Assembly (NCBI GenBank): GCA_018398765.1
Contig: JAHBMJ010000492.1
Coordinates: forward strand, 1-46,739
Source: Chromera velia
Lineage: Eukaryota
Reading direction: 5' to 3'
DNA: 46,739 bases
The first letter of the stretch is position 1. Each line of letters opens with the position of its first letter. A program made the translations under genes and the position numbers. Below are positions 25,604 through 36,000 of this stretch, one piece after another. Under the pieces are notes generated by a model. It saw only the letters and a program-made list of their open reading frames with translations. It was not told the origin of the DNA and ran no database searches.

Positions 25604-28309
25604 TCAGTTGTCTTTTGGCAACTGAGAACTGGGATCTGTACTTCTGCCCTTGAGATTGCTGTTGGCTGAGACCAGAGTGCGGCCTTTTCCATTGCTGGCA
25701 TTTCGGGGTGATACCGGGTGGGGGTCCGTACTTCTCGCTTTGAGGTTGCTGCTCACTGACAGGACATTCCGCCCTTTTCCGTTTGAAGCCGTGGGACCAG
25801 TAACTGGAACGGGGAGGGGAGAGAGCGGAGGGGGGGAAGGTGCAGGGGAGGCTGCACTGCGCTGCGTGTGTGTTGGTGCCGCTGACTGATTTCCCCCGCC
25901 CCAGATTTGCAGTCCTCTCTGCGATGAAGGTCCCGGCGCCGCTGCTGCCGCACCCCCGACTGGATTTGAATTCCCCCCCTGTTGTTGCTGTTGCAGCTGC
26001 TGTTGCTGTAGGAGAAGCACTGGGTCTTGGGGTTGCGGCAGAAGAATGAAAAAGGCCCACATCACGAGATTCGTCAGAGCATCGAAGGTCTCTGCAAGGG
26101 GGGCGAGGTCTCGTGCCTGCACCTGTCTGAAAGCACGTTTACAGACGTGAAAAAAGTGGACAGACTCAGCCACATGGGGCTCAAAGAACCTCAACCTCTC
26201 TGCAAATTCCACCACAGCCCCCACAAAACGGGAATACCGATTTCCAGCCTGGATCGTTCTCAACGCATGGAGAAACAATTTGGTGGCTGCCATCAAACGC
26301 GTCTGAGAAGACTCAAAACGAGCAGCCACTGAAAGGCCCAAACTCGTTGGGGCGGGCCCCGCAGCAGCCGCGGTTGTTGAGGTCCCTCCTGGGGCCCCGG
26401 CATTCCCCGCTGCAGATGGCGGAGGTTGTGCAACAGCCCCTGGAGGCAACGACGGTGCCGGGGTCGGTGGGCCCACATTGGCATTGACTGGGGATGCGAC
26501 ACCTCCTGCTGGGTTTGCAGAAGGGGCCGGGGCTGGAGAGGGTGCTGATGAAGCAGCGCCTGGGTTGGCGGGTGTGCTTACAACGAGGGGAGATTGGAGT
26601 CTGGGTTGCTTGTGCGGGGGTGAAATGAGGCTGAGAACTATCGGGGGTATGGGGGCATTGGTTGGAAGTGCTGCGGCACTCTCAGCAAAAAAGGACTCTC
26701 GCTTGTCCCGTTCTCTGTCTTTGTCCTTTCCTTTCGCTGCTGGTCCCAAAGAACCGTTTGTATCCCTCTTCGGTTGCTTCTGTTTGGGTTTGGGGGGGGC
26801 GACAGGTTCAGTCATCGGATGCAGCGACACGGATCCCTCTCCCTCTTTCTGTTTTTCCTTTTCTTTGTCTTTTTCTCTTTTGGAATCTTTGGAGGCCGGA
26901 CGCTTCTTCGGCTTCTTCTGAACCGAATCCTCTCCGACAGGCAACTCCTTCCCTCGACTTCCACTGGCCCCACCGCCCTCTGAAGGAGTGGGAGCTGCTG
27001 CTGCCGCTGTACCTCCCCCCGTCTTCCCCCCCTTTTTCCGTGGCGAAGAAGAAGAAAGAGCTGTCGGAACAGCCGGACTTTGTGATGTGCGCACACTGAT
27101 GCTCCCACCACCGGGCGCTCCCGAGGGCGACTTCTCGCTCCCCGGAAAGCCATTCGATGAGAGGGCCGATGCCCTCACGGACATGGAACCCCCTCCTCCC
27201 TGAAGTGAGGCGCTTACCGAACCTATCGTCGCACCCCGAGCCCCCCCACGGTTCCCTGCAGAGACACTTGGGCCGTGGAAGGACCCCAGGATGCCATATT
27301 CAGACGTGGTCATAGAGGAAGGGCCCATCATGGCCCCCGCACCCGCACCCCCCGCTGCAGACGCTGCAGCAGCAGCTGCTGCCGCTGCGGCTGCGGCTGC
27401 GGCTGCTGGACCTGTTTTCTCCTTAGTAGAGGCTCTGACCCATTCTTTCTTTACATGTTGGCGGAATTCATCCGCCACTCTCGTGTTCCCACACGCCCCC
27501 TGAACCTGCCTGACCTTCTCCAACGCACCTTGTTCGATGTCTAAACCGTCAAGGGGGAAGAAACAGGGGAACAAAGCAACAAGAGCTTCTAGCTGGTGCA
27601 ATGTCAGATGGGCACTTCTTTTGACAAAAATTTCAAACTTATGAAAGAGTATAAAACTCAGACGGAAATACCGCCCCCCCAGATCCTCCCCGAAAAGGGG
27701 GACAAAAGTCGTCACGACTTCCCGAATGTCCACCTTGTCATCTGCCGACTCAAGCCACCTGACCACTCTTTTCACATTCTCTACCTGCCTCTGCACGGAC
27801 TCTTGCCTTTTGTTGGCCTGCTTTGCCAGCATAACCAGGCCTTTTTGCTTAATGGTCAAAGGCTTAGGTCTTCTCAATAATTGGTGAAGAACCTCAGAGT
27901 CCAAGGCGTAGTATCTCTCCAGGATTCGCTTCCTCTCGAAGGTACGAATCTGGAGGGTTGAGAACCTCAAAAAAGAACTGGGATGAGCCAGTGCAGACTC
28001 GAGCATCTCAAACACATGATACTGATGGGCGGTGTCCAATTTGACCAGGGACGAGAGACGTTCTCTCCCCTCCTCATTCGGGGGGGTCGGGAAGTGACTC
28101 ATCCTCTCTCCCAGAGCCTCGGCAATGGAAAAACCCTCCAGCCAAAGGTCATAGACATGCTCGTTGTACCAAAAGGGGTCCTGCGCTACAACGAAAACGT
28201 CCCTGAGCGAGTGGAGCTGCTCGTTGGACTGTCCTGGAGAAAGAAGACGCGCACGGAGGGCGGAGGGCGCGTCCCTGACGGCTTTAAGAATTGAAGCCAG
28301 AACGTACAT
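25604..28309 (-). CDS. FIBP: FIBP (acidic FGF intracellular-binding protein) homologue, 901 aa, intronless
   Basis: DVFV..VYDLWLEGFS, DTAHQYHVFEMLE, ILERYYALDSEV and SVQRQVENVKRV parallel the FIBP N-terminal motifs (VYRLWLDGYS, LIERYYAFD, SCRRQFDNFKRV). A helical block resumes after a ~360-aa Ala/Gly/Pro/Ser/Lys-rich insert. Confidence 0.88.
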   Translation of the reverse strand: MYVLASILKAVRDAPSALRARLLSPGQSNEQLHSLRDVFVVAQDPFWYNEHVYDLWLEGFSIAEALGERMSHFPTPPNEEGRERLSSLVKLDTAHQYHVFEMLESALAHPSSFLRFSTLQIRTFERKRILERYYALDSEVLHQLLRRPKPLTIKQKGLVMLAKQANKRQESVQRQVENVKRVVRWLESADDKVDIREVVTTFVPLFGEDLGGRYFRLSFILFHKFEIFVKRSAHLTLHQLEALVALFPCFFPLDGLDIEQGALEKVRQVQGACGNTRVADEFRQHVKKEWVRASTKEKTGPAAAAAAAAAAAAAAASAAGGAGAGAMMGPSSMTTSEYGILGSFHGPSVSAGNRGGARGATIGSVSASLQGGGGSMSVRASALSSNGFPGSEKSPSGAPGGGSISVRTSQSPAVPTALSSSSPRKKGGKTGGGTAAAAAPTPSEGGGASGSRGKELPVGEDSVQKKPKKRPASKDSKREKDKEKEKQKEGEGSVSLHPMTEPVAPPKPKQKQPKRDTNGSLGPAAKGKDKDRERDKRESFFAESAAALPTNAPIPPIVLSLISPPHKQPRLQSPLVVSTPANPGAASSAPSPAPAPSANPAGGVASPVNANVGPPTPAPSLPPGAVAQPPPSAAGNAGAPGGTSTTAAAAGPAPTSLGLSVAARFESSQTRLMAATKLFLHALRTIQAGNRYSRFVGAVVEFAERLRFFEPHVAESVHFFHVCKRAFRQVQARDLAPLAETFDALTNLVMWAFFILLPQPQDPVLLLQQQQLQQQQQGGNSNPVGGAAAAAPGPSSQRGLQIWGGGNQSAAPTHTQRSAASPAPSPPPLSPLPVPVTGPTASNGKGRNVLSVSSNLKARSTDPHPVSPRNASNGKGRTLVSANSNLKGRSTDPSSQLPKDN

Positions 28310-28769
28310 TAAATGATTTCAGCAAAAATACCTCGGGCAACAGGTCAAGAAAGACAGATCCACACGTGAGAGTACCAGGCTAAGGATCGAAAGTGACTGG
28401 AAGGACAGAGACTTGCTCGAAGGAGACGGCGGCAAAATTCGTAGGCAGACTGACGGCTACCAAGAACGAAAGAAGTGTCTGCACTGGGAGACGTAGACAA
28501 GTTAGTCTCCATTCGCTTGAGCCCGCCGTATACCAATGCAGAACTATATAGGCGTCTTAAAGCTTCTTGAATTCGAAGTGGAAATCGCACTTGAAAAAGA
28601 TGTCCAATTAACCCGACGTACTCACTGCACATGCGCACGCGGTGTGATGCACCGGGGACATACCGGGGACGGGCGTCCGCGCGCGGTCATGTCCGCGGTC
28701 ATGCATGCATGAAATGGAGACGCCATGCACGAGACGGGAACCCATCGGGAGCCCCTCAGTGCATTATGA

Positions 28770-28940
28770 TTCAGCTTCCACACTTCGCATGCCCTACCGT
28801 TTCTTGACTCATCTGTTGCTAGTTTTTTTGTGCTCATACTCTGGTTTTGCTAAGCATGATCACGCTCGAGCTTTTCCGCCTTTGCCTAGATTTCTAGGCT
28901 CTAGTGTCAGGCGGCTGCAAGCCTCGAGGATCTGCCCCCA
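28770..28940. repeat. Split direct repeat B2 (171 bp)
   Basis: Matches 29451-29621 with 8 substitutions and no indels. Confidence 0.95.
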
Positions 28941-29050
28941 TGCCCCTGAGGTAGGCCAACAAATCGGACTATAACCCTCCGCTGGCGGACCCGTTGAATA
29001 TCTGGCTACCCGAAAACAGACAGACCGGGACTCCAAAGGTAGGTGGGCGG

Positions 29051-29453
29051 GCGTCGGTCCAGTCCCCGGAAACGAAAGCCCCCGCGTATATCGCTTCCAC
29101 TAGCCTGCACATTTCCGGTTTTTCAGAGAAAATAAAAAAAGGTTTTTCATCGTGCACTTTCTTGCCGTCTCGTATGACCGTCTCCTGCTTTACTGTCTGC
29201 TCTTTCTCCTCTCAGACGCCTTCCTTACTCGCAAATGAACGTTAAACCGTCTCCCGTCTCGGGTTTTTTCATTCGTGCCCGACGCTTCTCGTTTCAGCCT
29301 TCGTACATGACGCAAGGCCTCGCCAAACGTTCCGCGTCTCCCAGGCACTGCCCCGTGTGTGGCACGTGCGCGCGTGCGCCATTGGTTCCAGCTGAACCTG
29401 CGTTCTCGCTCCGATGAACGATTCTGTCTGGGCTTTACGCAAACTCCCATTTC
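29051..29453. repeat. Split direct repeat A2 (403 bp)
   Basis: Matches 36001-36083 plus 37137-37456 with 12 substitutions. Confidence 0.95.
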
Positions 29454-29621
29454 AGCTTCCACACTTCGCATGCTCTACCGTTTCTTGACTCATCTGTTGC
29501 TAGTTTTTTTGTGTTCATACTCTGGTTTTGCTAGACATGATCACGCTCGAGCTTTTCCGCCTTTGCCTAGATTTCTAGGCTCTAGTGTCAGGTGGCCACA
29601 AGCCTCGAGGATCTACCCCCA
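29451..29621. repeat. Split direct repeat B1 (171 bp), abutting A2
   Basis: Second copy of 28770-28940. Overlaps A2 by TTC. Confidence 0.95.
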
Positions 29622-29869
29622 AACCCCCACACACCTACAAACTGCCGACCGGCGGCCGCCCGCCTCCGCCTGATTGCTCCCCCCCAGAGAACTTCCGTGC
29701 GTGACTGCTTGGCAGGCGGCCACCATTGCCTCAGCTTAGAGTCAGCTAAGCATCAACGCTGCCCTTTGGCTATAATAGCTACTCGTATGTCATATACTCC
29801 TTATTCACCTTCAAAAAGTTGCTGTTCCTCTTACGTACTTCCACCTTACACCCTACATAGGCAAAGTTG

Positions 29870-30970
29870 TTACATGCCTGCAATATGCGCTGCAATCTCT
29901 TGCACGTCTCTGGCTGTATACGCCATCCATGCGTTGACGCTGTTATGACCTAGAATGTTAACCACTACGTCAACCGGCAGCCCTGCCCTCCTCGCCGTCG
30001 TGTGGCCACTCCTCCTAAGCGAGTGTGTCGTAAAGTTTGTACACTCTCGTTCGGGCAGGCACCTCTAAATCGCCTTTCGCAGCGCCCTCTGCCATGCGTC
30101 CCGCGTGAGTGCCGTACCCTTCCACCTCTTGCCGTACCCATCCGTTGCTTGGAAGAGGGCCCCATCTCGTAGGGCCTTCTCCAGAAAGTCCAAGATGTGT
30201 CTTCCTAGCGCTGTCCCATCCGTCGCCACCAATGGTATTGGACACATCGCCCCCCTGCCGAAGGGGTCACCCTTTGACCTGTGAATATAGCATGCGATGA
30301 ACGCTGGGTCACCTCTCTCCTTGAGTATGAAGTCCTCCCTCTCTCTCACCAGGATCTCACCAATCCTCTTCACAAGAAAAAACGCTAACACCGCTATTGT
30401 AGCGTTTTGTACCCTATCCAATGTCTCTTGCTCTCTCCAGAACTTTATCAACTGGAGCACTTCCTCCTTTGACAGTCTCTCCTTCTCTTTAACTTTGTTG
30501 TCTGCCAATTTCTTCAGGTCTAACCAAAAGTACCTCAAACTCTCGTGCTCCAGGGGCGGGGCGCCATGCCCCTGCTTGTGATACTACCATCTCACTGCCC
30601 CTCTTAGCGTTTCAATCTCCTCCCCTCTGAGTCCCTTCAGATGTGCAAACCCCATCTTGACATCCAGCGGACTAGCCATCGACAGCAGGTGGGGGTTCGA
30701 CCTCTCCATCTTCCTCAGTGCTGCTTCATATCTCTTTTTCGTACTTGGTTCAAGCGCGGCGGCTTCAATCGATATTGCCTCTTCCATGAGCTGTCTCTTT
30801 GACGTAACCTTCCTTTCTTTTTCCTCCTTGCTCACTGCCCCTATGGCGGTGGCGAGCTGTGAATGGGATACAAACCCCGCTTCCTTTGCCTTCTTTGACA
30901 ACGTCTGGACACGACCCGCCCTTGTCATCGCCACCGGCTGTGCAATCCCTGCATCCAACACACGGCACAT
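29870..30970 (-). pseudogene. Tyrosine recombinase ORF of the retroelement, two in-frame TAG stops
   Basis: A single frame carries the catalytic set FFLVKRIGE (R), IHRSKGD (K), THSLRR (HxxR), ILGH and WMAY (Y). Stops at 30584-30586 and 30065-30067. Confidence 0.92.
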
Positions 30971-33340
30971 ACAGTCATCTTGATGTGCAATTCCTGCTTA
31001 CCCATTGCAGATACGTCTTCTCAGTAGAGTCTCATGTATCTAGCGTCCGTATAGTACCACCACTCCCTATCTGCTAGGACTCTCGCTACTAATACAATGT
31101 TCCTCAGCCATTGCATTGCCTTCCTAGTCACTGTAACGCCTGACACACGGTTTTAAACTCAGTCTAAAACTTATATGCGATACACCATATCTACCTATAT
31201 AGTTTCTTTGAGTTACTACACTCTGTCAACGACACGGCGCTACTCCATTCGCCTATCAATCAACAAAGCCTCCCACTTTTCTATAATTGGTCACCCTTTC
31301 GGAAGACTGAACACCTATCGACCATGGCTGTGTTGCACCTCCGTCTGTAGCGGGGGTTGGGGAGTGAAAATCTCCCTCCCTTTGCCGAATCTGTCCATCA
31401 CCCTAAATTCCACCCCACCTTTCCTCCAATAATCCCCTACTGCCCTTGGCACTACCAAAATATGCGGTCGACATACCGCTGCCAGCTCTGCAGCTTTTAC
31501 AACAGATTTATACTTGTCCCCCGCTGGCGCATACACTACCACGTCAGATCTCTCCCCTGCCTGCCCGACCGTTGTCGCCCTCTTCAAGGCTCCGCTTGCC
31601 TGCCTATTCAGATGGGCTAACACCCCGTCCTTCAGCACTTCCTGCCGATGGGCCTCTCCCCCCATCCTGGACAACTGGTCTGCGACACTATTCTTTCTCC
31701 CTGGAATATGCACTGTAACTACCTCGACACCTGCCTTTCTCTCTACTGCTTACACCTCTTCTACCACTTCACCCAATGCTGCGGCCGTGCTGTGACGATT
31801 GTTGATAATCCTCACTGTGACTAAATTGTCTGACCGGATCATAACTCTTCCTGAGTGGCGGCCTGCGCCCTGCTCAATAAATTTCTTCAGACACAACGCC
31901 GCTGTCTTTGCCTCTCGCTAGTTCGAGGAACATACCGCTTGTGCCCCTGACCATAACCACCATACTGGGCTCTCCCCCCAAAACCCCCCTGCTCCCGTAC
32001 CTGCCGCATCCCCTGTGATCACTGCAACATCCCTTAGGATATCTTCCCATGATGCTAGCCAATCTGCATCCCACACGTCTAACTCTCCTGTTGGTGTCAC
32101 ATAAAGTTTCCTAATCGGTCTTTTATTCAATGTCTCTTCCCACGACTGCAAAGAGCGTAGCATTTCCTTTGACAGCGCTAGCCCCCCCTTCTTCCATTTC
32201 CTCTGCGCCATCCTCGAATTTGGCCGCGTACTTGGAGCAAGGACTCTCCAAAATGGGGCCAACTTCTGCCTACCCTGGTATACCACGAGCCTCAGGTGAC
32301 TGAGCAAGCCTACTAACTGCAACTCCTGCGTAATTGTTGCCTCACCTGCCTCTGCTGCCTTTCTCAGCCCCTCTATTCTGTTCAATGCCTTAACTACCTT
32401 CTTTTATGGGATATACAGCCCCAGACTCTTCGTGTTTATGCTAATTCCTGTGAACTCTAACGACTGAGTCGGATCCACCGTTTTTGATTCCTTCATCTTC
32501 CATCCTATATCACTGAGTATCTGCAACGCAAGTTTCAACGCCTCCCATACTTCACCCTCCGTTGCCGCTGTAATTAAGAAGTTGTCAATATAATTCAGCG
32601 ATTTAATCCTCGCTGTGTGCAACCCTTTCCTTCGAAACACTTCTTGAATGTGCTCCGTCGTTCCTTGAAATACAAATGGCGCGACTTTCAGTCCAAAAGG
32701 CATCACTCTATACCTATAAAACGCTTTTGTACTTGGGTTAAAGAACCCTAACAAATCGACATGGTCTGGGTGAATATGGATGTGAAAGTACCCGTCCTTC
32801 AAATCAAGTTTTGCCATATACTCGCCTGGCTTCATAAGCCACATCGCATGCCGAAGCGTTGGCAGTCCCATGACTGTGTCTTTCGTTGCCTCGTTCACTC
32901 CTGACACTGTCATATCAATGATTATGCGCGGTTCTCCCGTTTCTGGTTTTGGAACAGCACCCAGAGGTAACACAATGTATGGTTCTTTTTTAACTCTTTT
33001 AATGAACCCCTCTGTTTCTAATCTGTCAAACTCCCTTCCTACTTTCTCTTCCCATTCGACAAGGGACGAATAATTTTCCATCTGAAATCTCGGCGGCCAA
33101 TACTTCAGTGGCAGTTTTATACCTTCTTCTAACTGGCACACCAGCCTTTCATCTACCCCAAACTCTCTCATTTTCTGAAAGTTCACTTACAAACCTTCTG
33201 TCTAACGATCTGGTGTCTCCCACCCCGCGGGCAGCTCCGCTCCCATGTCTGGTAACGTCCACTCCTCCAGTGGTAACGGCCATCTCGACTTCAGCGGTGG
33301 AAGAGGTTTCTTGCCTGCACACATCCCATCAAATGTAACT
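30925..33340 (-). pseudogene. pol ORF: reverse transcriptase, RNase H, degenerate methyltransferase-like domain and Cys/Tyr-rich tail; many in-frame stops
   Basis: RT: PLGAVPKP..PRIIIDM, KLDLKDGYFHI, MPFGLKVAPFVF, YIDNFL (YxDD with D>N), LEFTGISIN. RNase H: ITGDAAGTGAGG, SSN*REAK, IRSDN, HIPGRKNSVADQLSR. All segments lie in one frame. The 5' boundary is approximate. Confidence 0.92.
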
Positions 33341-34179
33341 AATTAGCATCCATTATTAATATTAATTTCTTGCTTTTCCATACTCTCCCTACCATCTCAC
33401 TAGAACGCACTAGTGAATTTATCCCTCTTTTGTACGATAATAATTTCACTAACTTACTTCTCACTCCTATAATTTTACTTAACAATTTTCCATAGCCACA
33501 GCCTTTTATTCCTGAACACTGATTAACCAACGATGGTCTCTGCGTAGTCTCACTTGCAACTTTCCGCAGTCTTTTCACCGAATCGGATATCAAACTTTGA
33601 TAGCTACGCGTTCTATATTGCATCCGCCCCCTTCTTTCTCAGCATAGACTCCATTATGCTATGAAACCATGCAGCCCTGTCTCGACCCTATTCATGCCTC
33701 TGCATTGCGTGCTTTGCAGGTGCATCTCCCACGCCTCTGCCCTGTTTGTGTCTGCATGCAGACTCTCTCTCCACCACTGTCACTCCATATATGCACGCCC
33801 CTTTTGCAACTGTATCTCCGTTGGTAACTAGTGCCCCTCAGCACACTGCTTCTAAACCTCCCCTTTCCTCTGTCTGCTCAGCTCTGCACCATAATCAGGC
33901 CCCCCTTGGCCTAGGGACCCTCGTTGGCAGGCGATCACGACAGGGAATAGTAAGGCTTCTCCCTCTCCACACTGCCTGCACTAACTCCACCGACACACAG
34001 AAAACGAGCAAAATCGAGTCCCCTGCCAATACGGGTTAGAATTTCTTTCTGCATCAACAGGGGCAAGTGCACGCCCCTACCCCTCTCAACGCCTTTGCTC
34101 CGTTACCCCCGCCGGAGGGACTGCTCAGCTCACTCCCCTGCAACAACCTTTCTAACTCCGCTGCCCTCAGTCTCCCTTC

Positions 34180-35754
34180 TTACTTGGTGGCCCTATATAG
34201 TTCATCAATCATTTTCCATCCTGCACAGTCTGGCAGCCCCTGGTTTGGGCACTCCGACAAGGAGTGCTTCATCGAGGCTACGTTCTGGGGGGTCGCTCCG
34301 TGCACTCGAACCTCATACCTGTTTTTTGCTGCACAAATTCTGCATACACCCGAGGCGGCGGTTGCCCCTCCCCCGGCGTTTCCATGCCGCTGCTGCTGTT
34401 GTTGCTGCTGCGTGTGCTTTGCCTTTACAAAGGTCCTCTGCTGCTCAGCAGTCACGGGGTGCCCTATCCTCTGGATCTTCTCTTCCAGAGTCAAGACTCT
34501 GCACTCAGTCAGATGAGCTCTCTCCCTCAGTTGCGACAACCTTCTGAAGGTCAGCGCTAGCAGAGGGAAAATGAGATCAGTCGAGTGGGGAGGGATCGGG
34601 GCCCCATCTTTCTTCGCATCAAGCACGTAGCCCACCGCCTCTAGCGAGGCCTGTTGGAGGTCGGAGAAATCAGTGCAGCCATCAAAGAACCGGATCAGCA
34701 CTGCTGCTGCTTCTGCAACTTTTCTGGCTCTCTCTGCCTCTCTCCTTTCTGTCCTGTCTGTGATGCTATCCCTCTCTCTGGTTAGCTGAGCAGCCCACTC
34801 CTTCAAAACTTTCTTGACCAACTCTGACGGCCACCTCCTCCTGAGCTTGTACTAGCTTGTACTCACCATCAGGGTTGGAGCCCCTAGCCAACGCCCCTGC
34901 CGTGGCGTTGTCTTTCGGGATTAGGCACGTCCCGTCTCTCCCCACCTTTGCAGGAGGCAGAAAGCAATTCACATCCCACTCTGGGACTTGCGCCACCGCT
35001 ACCCCTTCCATCCCCTTCTTCTTGTACCGCTGACCTGCCAGAATCTGCGCGGCTGCAAGTGCCACAGCGATGGCCTCTTCTTGTACGTCGACCATATCGG
35101 CCTCGTTGTCTCTTTCATCGCCCGAGTCGATGGTGATGGCTCTAACACGTTTGGGGGCCCTTACCGCTGCTGCGCCCCCCCCCGTGGCATCTCCTTCCGA
35201 GTCCTCGAGCCTCTCTGCTCGGAGTGTCTCGATCTTTGCCTCCAATTCCGCTCGCTCCCTCTTCTTACTCTTACAACGGAGGCGCTCTCTTTCGTTCTTT
35301 TCCTTCCTCCTCTCTTCCTCCTTCTTGTCACCCCACCTCTCTGCCATCTTCTTCCTCGTCTCTTCATCGAGGAGCTCCATAGCTGCAGACAGATAAGGGG
35401 GGCATTCATAATTCGATTTACACCGCACCACTGGCGTCTTGCTACTGCTTACTGACATACCCTTTGTGGCCTCTCTGGCAACCGCTGTAAGCTGACAACA
35501 GCCTTTCGCGTCTGCCTCACCTCGCTAAGGTCTTTCTTCCTCCCTTCTTTCCCTCTACTGTTCCGCCTCACTCACTCACCATGAGCGACGGCCAACAGCA
35601 GGGCAGCTACATCCTTGACCTTCTGTTTGTCCTCGGCCAACATGCCCGCCGCCCCCTTAGTCTCGGCCCTTTTGACCACTGGCTGAGCGACTTCACCATC
35701 GCCGGCCACACCTGTGGCGCCTGCCTGCCCGTTGTTCTCCTTCGGAGCTTCCAT
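34180..35754 (-). pseudogene. gag-like ORF1 with coiled coil and C-terminal CCHC-like motif, frameshifted
   Basis: ORFs 35458-34766 and 34821-34180 fuse when one copy of a 10-bp duplication (34844-34863) is removed. C-terminal motif CRIC-x22-H-x4-C. Lies between A1 and pol. The link to the 35754-35572 segment is uncertain. Confidence 0.7.
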
Positions 35755-36000
35755 GACTTCTCGTTACATCTTCGTGTCGCGCTTCCTCAGAAAAAGACGT
35801 TGCGTTCAACTTAAAGGCATCACACACTATGAACACACTGAGTTCAGGCAGCTCACTGCTTGAGTTACCTCTACCATCGCGCAAAACGCGCCGACGGTTA
35901 TGTGTCTCGCTCTCAGCCCCCGCGCACTGACCTTTGTCCGGATCCGTCACGCGCGCACGTGGCTCGCTTATGCAAACTTGGCTGTGGGACCCTGCAAACC

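Noticed and set aside
28770..29621. LTR pair, or CRISPR-like repeat-spacer arrangement
   Set aside because: No TG...CA ends, TSD or DDE integrase. The repeats are 171 and 403 bp and are fully explained as split direct repeats of a YR element.
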